The position numbers and the translations under genes are program-made. Below the pieces are notes generated by a model. It searched no databases and had not been told where the DNA came from. It saw nothing but the letters and a program-made list of their open reading frames with translations. This document shows, piece after piece, positions 58,220 to 64,000 of a stretch of DNA of 64,000 nt. This DNA comes from an uncultured bacterium. Lineage in GTDB: Bacteria; Oederibacteriota; Oederibacteriia; Oederibacteriales; Oederibacteriaceae. Each line of letters starts with the position of its first letter. Position 1 is the stretch's first letter. The stretch lies in the NCBI GenBank assembly GCA_965112635.1, contig OZ218778.1, positions 1,952,001 through 2,016,000 on the forward strand, in the 5' to 3' direction.

Positions 58220-59634
58220 AACGAGCAGGGCTCCTCTGTTTCTGCCTTGTCCTTGGTCTGGCTGTCCTGGCCAAGTCCCAGGACACCGACACCCTGACCC
58301 TGGGGAAGGGCGAAAGCAAAACTTACACGGTGGGCGACCCTTCCGGCTGTTTCGTCGACAACACCAGCATCCTGTCCCTGCAGACCATTGGAGACAACCA
58401 GATCAAGGTCACGGCCCTGCAACCAGGCCAATGCACCCTGACCCTGCCGGGCAAAGGAGGAAGGAACAGGTACATCGAGGTAGCGGTGTCAGAAACAGTT
58501 CCAAGTTCAAAGTTAAATGTTCCAAGTTCTGACTTGAAACTTGGAACTCGAAACTCGGAACTTGCTCCTAATCCTGACTTGAAACTAGGAACTTCAAATT
58601 CTAATAGGAATCGTGGTTCTAACAGGAGCAATAACGGCGTCAGGGCCAGGGTAAAAGTCGCCGGCGTCAGTCTGTCCACCAACCTGGGACTGGCCAACAG
58701 TGCCCCCACGCCTGAGCCCACGCCGGACCGGACCATGATCCAATACAATGTCAAACTGGTGCAGGTGAGCGAAAGCAACGCCCGCCAGCTGGGCATAGAC
58801 TGGGCCAACACCCTGCAGGGCCCCAATGCCGGCGGTGACACGCCTTTGCATGTGAGCGAACAGGCCAACCCTCCCTTGCTCAACTGGGGCTCGTTCCAGC
58901 GGGGCAGTACGGATGTGAAGCTGGACGCCCTGGTGACCCAGGGCTTTGCCAAGGTTTTGGCCGAACCCATGGTGCTGGTGGAAAACAACTCGACCTCGGA
59001 CAACGGCAACGGAGGACAGCTTCCCCTGGTCAGCGCGGCCCCCTTGTCCAGCAACTCCATCAACCTGAAACAGTACGGCACGACCCTGACCATCGGGAGC
59101 CAGCTTGTCGGGGACGGCAAAGTGGAGACCAAATACAATATCGAGCAGTCCCTGCCTGACAGCACCTACAGCGTGAGCCAGTCCAACGGGGCATCCGCTC
59201 CGGCCCTGCGCAACGGATACGCCCGGGGCCAGGTGTGCTCCAAGCTGGGCGATACCGTGTTCCTGGACAGCCTGGTGCAGGTCCAGCAGATGAAAACCAC
59301 CAGCAAAGTGCCGGTCCTGGGAGACCTGTGGCTCATCGGCGGGATATTCACCAATACCAGCACCCAGGATACCCGCGACTATATCCTCATCTTTATGACC
59401 CCGGACCTGTACGCTACCAGGGCCAAAGCCGGGCAGGAAAAATACTTCCCGGAGCAGGAGGGGAATAAAAGCCTTGACCCAGCCAGGAATGACTGGGACA
59501 GGGAACCCGGCCAGCCCGCGGTTCTGGGCGAAGGACAGCGCAGGATTTTTGGCGTCCTAAATTTGATGCTCGGCATCCCCGATTACTCGCTCCTTTTCCC
59601 CGATCCCGGCAACGCCAACAAAGATGAACAATAA
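58216..59634 (+). CDS. Second Tad-like secretin (paralog of 28451-29461)
   Basis: ATGA overlap with the upstream gene; signal peptide; EQANPPLLNWGSFQRG..LDALVTQGFAKVLAEP, KVPVLGDL, ILIFMTP. Confidence 0.85.
   Translation: MKRAGLLCFCLVLGLAVLAKSQDTDTLTLGKGESKTYTVGDPSGCFVDNTSILSLQTIGDNQIKVTALQPGQCTLTLPGKGGRNRYIEVAVSETVPSSKLNVPSSDLKLGTRNSELAPNPDLKLGTSNSNRNRGSNRSNNGVRARVKVAGVSLSTNLGLANSAPTPEPTPDRTMIQYNVKLVQVSESNARQLGIDWANTLQGPNAGGDTPLHVSEQANPPLLNWGSFQRGSTDVKLDALVTQGFAKVLAEPMVLVENNSTSDNGNGGQLPLVSAAPLSSNSINLKQYGTTLTIGSQLVGDGKVETKYNIEQSLPDSTYSVSQSNGASAPALRNGYARGQVCSKLGDTVFLDSLVQVQQMKTTSKVPVLGDLWLIGGIFTNTSTQDTRDYILIFMTPDLYATRAKAGQEKYFPEQEGNKSLDPARNDWDREPGQPAVLGEGQRRIFGVLNLMLGIPDYSLLFPDPGNANKDEQ
58498..58594. 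repeat. Inverted tandem heptamer array inside the secretin CDS
   Basis: GTTCCAA GTTCAAA GTTAAAT GTTCCAA GTTCTGA C TTGAAAC TTGGAAC TCGAAAC TCGGAAC, plus a downstream partial copy. Confidence 0.8.
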
Positions 59635-59800
59635 TGCGTCAAACTCTCTTGTAATAATGCGTTTCCGCTCAAGAGAGTTTGTGCAGAACTAGCTGTTCTA
59701 CATCTCCACACTGGCGTTGGCGGATCGCAACAGCCTTGCGAGCCTGACAATCGTCCCGCTCTCCTTCGGTGTTTCGTCAATCGCCGTAACGCCGAAAGAG
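59635..59800. other. Non-coding cluster of four hairpins
   Basis: CAAACTCTCTTG/CAAGAGAGTTTG, AGAAC/GTTCT, TCGCAA/TTGCGA, TTCGGTGTT/AACGCCGAA. Confidence 0.55.
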
Positions 59801-59891
59801 AAATAGATTGCCAAAAAGCGGGAAAGGTTTGACATAGGGGGACAGGGGGAGGAAAATCAGGATAATGATGGAATTAATTAAAAAAAAGAGG

Positions 59892-61261
59892 GGGTCATCT
59901 CCCAAGTGAGTGGGTAAATTCTGGTCATTTTAGTTAAACTCAGGGAGCATACAGGTCAGGACTTTTAACCTGAGATACTCTTCGTCCCTTAACCCATATG
60001 TCCTTCTCTGAATCACACGAATCTTGTTGTTCAACCCTTCCACAAAACCCAGTGAGACTTTGTTATCGGGATTGAAGTAGGCCACAATACCCTCCCAATG
60101 GCGCTCGACCAGTCGGGCAAAATCCTCGAATGGTTTGAGACGCTGCCACTTCAGCGAGGCCGTCCAGTTGTCGAAAAACTTTCTAGCTGAAGCTTCGTAG
60201 CTGTAGTCCCAAAGCTGTGTAAAGGACTCTTTGAGCATGTAGGCAGTATTGAGTCGCTTGTTGGCGGCCAGCAAGGCCTTGAGAGCCCTCTTTCCATCCA
60301 GCGAAAGGTTCTCGTGATTGGAAAGCAGGTTGTACTTCTGGCCTTTGATGAAACGCCGCCCTCTACCTGAGACTCTGGCATACTCGCTCTTGCGTATCTT
60401 GTCCAAGGCCTCATTGAGCTGGCGTTGGACATGAAAATGGTCGTAGAGAATGGCGGCGTTGGTGTGCGTCCATGTAGCACTCTCAAAGGCTGGCCACATG
60501 TCCATCACCGCAAGTCGGATTTTTGCGCACCTGCTTGGTCCAATCTCCTCAAAAAAGAGTTCCATACTCTCCTCGGAACGGTCTATCCCGCCAAACCAGA
60601 TAGGCCTCTTTTTCTCCAGGTCACTGACCACGATCCGATAGGTATGCCCCTTACGGATAGAGATTTCGTCAATACCGATGACCTCGGGCTTGGGCTTTCC
60701 GGCTCTGCGGAGTTTTTCCTGCATATACTGCTTCTCAAGCTCTTTGACGGTCTTCCAATCCAGCCTTAACTCTTTGGCTACGGCCTGGATCGTCGAAGTA
60801 CTGCAACGATTGCCCACATAGTAGCCAAAGCGCTTGGTGTAGAAGGGATTATCCGCTAGAAAGGCGAACTTCTCTTGCTTCACCATGCCACAACTCTTGC
60901 ACAAGACCCGCCGGACTTCCAACTCCAGGAAGACCCGATAATCACCGCAGGAGAGGTCTCGCACCCTCCTGATCCTTCGGTCATAAAAACTGCGGTGCTC
61001 CAGGCCGCAGGTCGGGCAGACTGTTTTTTTTGAAGTCTCTTCAGCCGGATGATACGGGCTTTGGGGTCTCCAAAAACTCCAAATACTTCTGTCTCCGGCG
61101 TGAAACCCTTAAACCGGTATGCGTCTGTAAGCCGTCTGTGTTTTTTCATCCACCTAGAAAACACCAAAAGCTACAGCCTTGCAAGTCCTAAAACCCTTGC
61201 TACACTTACCTTAATTCATCTTTCTGGCTAACTTTTTACCCACTCGGGAAGGAGAAGAGCC
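59892..61261 (-). mobile_element. ISL3-family insertion sequence, complete (1370 bp)
   Basis: Imperfect 27-bp IRs GGGTCATCTCCCAAGTGAGTGGGTAAA / GGCTCTTCTCCTTCCCGAGTGGGTAAA; 8-bp target duplication AAAAGAGG at 59884-59891 and 61262-61269. Confidence 0.95.
59930..61167 (-). CDS. ISL3 transposase encoded by two ORFs joined by a -1 frameshift at an A8 run (61024-61031)
   Basis: IGIDEIS, MDMW, YDHFHV and VEGLNNKI motifs; the -1 frame gives the zinc finger KTVCPTCG..VRDLSCG..CKSCG. Confidence 0.88.
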
Positions 61262-61280
61262 AAAAGAGGTAGGGGGCACT

Positions 61281-62978
61281 ATGGAATGCAATAAGTGTGG
61301 TAAACAGATATCAGGAATTAGTTATTTCTTTAGTGCTCCTGGGGAATTATGGGAAAAATGTAGGAAGTGCGGCAAGGGCTTTTGTAAACATTGTATAAGC
61401 GTAGATAGTGAAGGTAAATATTTCTGTAATGAATGTAAAGGGATAGTCAAAATGAATGGAACTATTGAAAAAGCTAATAAGAAAATAAATCTAGCACCAC
61501 TAGGATTATTGATTCTGTTCCTAGTCATTCCGGTTGTTGCATTTATTGCCTCTTATGCAATTCAAGGGCAGCTAGATACAAATTTTCGGACCGCATTACT
61601 CAAGGATTATCCGGAGCGATCTACTGAAATATCTACATTAACGGCATCTTCTGCTTGTAGTAATCAGAAGTTTAGGGCTGCTGCGGGAGATTTTTGTGAA
61701 TTAAATGACATAATAAATTTGATGAGGCTATGCGCCATTTTTACTGCTGTTTTAGGTATCGGGCTTCTTATTATCATTAAAATTGCTGGGTTGATTACAC
61801 GTGGCAGCCGAAGATTTCTATTACTTATTTTTAAACCAGGATTACACATAACCATGTTAGCGCTGAGTTTGCTAATGATATTGAATGCTTCTTTAGGTAT
61901 TTTCGCAATATATTATGGTGAATCTGTTTTCTTAGGAAGGGTTCATGTATTTGTTATAGTTGGTTTAGGACTTGGGGCGCTGTTTGGTGTTATATCAATG
62001 TTTAAGGCGCAATTAAGTACAACCAAAAGAGCTTCGGTATTTGTTCTTGGAAAAAAACTAGAACCAGAACATCAACCGAAAATATGGGAATTTGTTAACG
62101 AACAATCAAGGCAAATGGGTGCAGAACGACCGCAGGCAATAGTTGCTGGATTAGAACCAAATTTTTATGTTACCGAAGCGGATGTTATCTGTTTGGATGG
62201 CACAATAAAAGGTAGAACAATGTATGTCTCTATGCCTCTTTGCCGTATTCTCAATGTCGAAGAAATAAAAGCAGTCCTTGATCATGAGTTAGCCCACTAC
62301 AAAGGACTTGATACTAAGTTTAGTAAAAAGTTTTATCCAATATATCGTGGGGCAACACAAGGACTTGTCAATATATCTTCAGGTTATTCAGACCATGGGG
62401 CAGCAGGTCAAATAGTATTAATGCCAGCAATGCTAACCCTGGCTTATTTTCTAAATTCTTTTTCTGTCGCAGAAAATAAAATTAGCAGAGAAAGAGAACT
62501 GGCCGCTGATAGTGAAGCGGCAAAGCATGAAGGATCTCAAAGAATAGCTACGGCTCTTGTTAAAATTCAGACATTTTCAACTATCTGGAATGTTGTGCAA
62601 CAATTAATGTGTAAATCAATTGGAGAAGGTAAAATGATAATAAATGCCAGTGAATTTTATTCAACAATAGTTCAGGACAGAGATAAAGAAAACCCTTCTA
62701 TCAATGTTTTAGAAGAAGGACCAGCCCACCCAACAGATAGTCACCCTCCACTTAATCAACGTTTTGAAAATTTAAATTTAACGTTAAATGATGTTATGAA
62801 AGATGTTGAAAATACAGCGCCGCGTAAACCCGCCATAGGTTTATTTGATAATGTTGAGACGCTAGAAAAAGAACTAACAGAAGCCGAACATATGTGGATG
62901 GTACGAACTGGTAGAGCGCAAGCCCCAGTAGAAAATCCAAATAAAGAGGAAACGGAAAATAAAATCCCCGCAAAATAA
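61281..62978 (+). CDS. M48 (HtpX/Ste24-like) membrane zinc metalloprotease with N-terminal Cys-rich zinc finger
   Basis: HELAH, RERELAAD and SHPP motifs; N-terminal CxxC clusters; AT-rich. Confidence 0.85.
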   Translation: MECNKCGKQISGISYFFSAPGELWEKCRKCGKGFCKHCISVDSEGKYFCNECKGIVKMNGTIEKANKKINLAPLGLLILFLVIPVVAFIASYAIQGQLDTNFRTALLKDYPERSTEISTLTASSACSNQKFRAAAGDFCELNDIINLMRLCAIFTAVLGIGLLIIIKIAGLITRGSRRFLLLIFKPGLHITMLALSLLMILNASLGIFAIYYGESVFLGRVHVFVIVGLGLGALFGVISMFKAQLSTTKRASVFVLGKKLEPEHQPKIWEFVNEQSRQMGAERPQAIVAGLEPNFYVTEADVICLDGTIKGRTMYVSMPLCRILNVEEIKAVLDHELAHYKGLDTKFSKKFYPIYRGATQGLVNISSGYSDHGAAGQIVLMPAMLTLAYFLNSFSVAENKISRERELAADSEAAKHEGSQRIATALVKIQTFSTIWNVVQQLMCKSIGEGKMIINASEFYSTIVQDRDKENPSINVLEEGPAHPTDSHPPLNQRFENLNLTLNDVMKDVENTAPRKPAIGLFDNVETLEKELTEAEHMWMVRTGRAQAPVENPNKEETENKIPAK

Positions 62979-63025
62979 ATAAGTATTTTATTAATGGAAC
63001 AGAATAGTGAATGGGATAATCAAAT

Positions 63026-63934
63026 ATGATAAAAACAGATAAATACGCCCAATTGATTGAACAACTTGAGCGAGCTAGTGCATTATTAGCAGATGCTCAA
63101 AGACAACTATACGACTATAATGAAGTTATTAAAGAATACATAAATCAAAAATCTTATTCATGGAAAGATCAAATCCTTTTTGAGTATGTAGCAACAACCA
63201 TGCAGGGCAAAAAACCTGTTTGGGTGGAATTAACTGAAAAAGTCAAAACCCCAATAAATCTATTTTTGGAATTATATGAAATAATTATGAGGCATTATTA
63301 TTACAATGAACTTTTGCAGTTTTCCGAAAAAAAATCTAAATTGCTAATGCTATTTCAGAATCTTTCAAAGGCATATACTGAACTTAATTTAGATCATATA
63401 AAAGTACTAAACGACCAGTTAGGATTGTTTGGGGGTGAAATAAAAACCCGTTTAGATTGGCTAGAGGCGAATAATAGGACAGACCCTTCAAATATTTTAC
63501 CTACAGTTTTTATTTCTAAGGGGTTTTCCGAAGAGGAAAATAAATTAAATGAATTTTTTGAAGGTTATATTGAGGCTTTAAAAATAGTGTGCATTTCGGG
63601 AGAGCCCTATGATTCCTCATCAATACCTGAAAAAATCCGAAAGAGAATAGATTCTTCAGATGCTCTTATAGCAATTATACAAAAACGATATTCTTCTCAA
63701 TCTGGAACATCTGGAGCTGGTTCTGCTTGGGTAATAAGAGAAATAGAATACTCATTAGGGAAAATAAAACCAGTTATAATATTAGCTGAAAAAGGTGTTG
63801 AGACTGCCGGATTTGAGTTTGAAAAAGAAATAATATATTTTGATTTGAAGGATCAACCATTAACAACATCGTCTATAAAGAAATTGCTCCAAGCTTTAAC
63901 AAAATATGGGCTTACTGGAAAGACTACAGAGTAA
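63026..63934 (+). CDS. Helical N-terminal domain + TIR-like nucleotide-binding domain protein
   Basis: VFISKGF, I.K.IDSSD.LIAII, SAWVIREIEY...K.KPVIIL; AT-rich. Confidence 0.7.
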   Translation: MIKTDKYAQLIEQLERASALLADAQRQLYDYNEVIKEYINQKSYSWKDQILFEYVATTMQGKKPVWVELTEKVKTPINLFLELYEIIMRHYYYNELLQFSEKKSKLLMLFQNLSKAYTELNLDHIKVLNDQLGLFGGEIKTRLDWLEANNRTDPSNILPTVFISKGFSEEENKLNEFFEGYIEALKIVCISGEPYDSSSIPEKIRKRIDSSDALIAIIQKRYSSQSGTSGAGSAWVIREIEYSLGKIKPVIILAEKGVETAGFEFEKEIIYFDLKDQPLTTSSIKKLLQALTKYGLTGKTTE

Positions 63935-64000
63935 ATTGGTTCAATCTAGCCCCCCATCCTCATTTCCACAATTTATCCGCCTGAAATCTTTCAAGAGATG

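Noticed and set aside
57242-59880. Complete inovirus prophage
   Set aside because: A secretin and hairpins are present, but no Zot/pI ATPase, rolling-circle Rep or small coat genes. Kept only as one hypothesis for the cassette.

Overview
Chromosomal region of a diderm bacterium (secretins, TonB-dependent receptor, OmpA, beta-barrels). The gene style resembles poorly studied lineages such as FCPU426, Goldbacteria or Elusimicrobia, but this is inference only. Housekeeping genes (efp, accB, accC, recO, recX, alaS, cobA/hemD, a Btu-like ABC/TonB uptake locus, tRNA-Asn) are interleaved with accessory loci. (1) Four secreted proteins share a cargo / Thr-rich mucin-like linker / T9SS-FlgD-like C-terminal domain (CTD) architecture. 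With them are an orphan CTD remnant, two PorV-like barrels (one fused in frame to RecO, one to TPRs), an O-antigen-ligase-like TPR protein, and matching sigmaE-type promoters upstream of two cargo loci. (2) A Tad pilus cluster is interrupted by galT and by two inverted PilB/GspE ATPases. (3) A five-gene operon looks like a trans-envelope partner-switching system. (4) An unexplained cassette at 56.6-59.9 kb holds a 19-unit TGTCC iteron-like array with AT-rich palindromes, an operator over an extended -10, a membrane-anchored winged-helix protein translationally coupled to a second secretin carrying an in-frame inverted heptamer insertion, and a hairpin cluster. (5) A complete ISL3 with an 8-bp target duplication precedes an AT-rich M48 protease plus TIR-like gene pair. 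All calls are by eye from motifs; no database searches were run.
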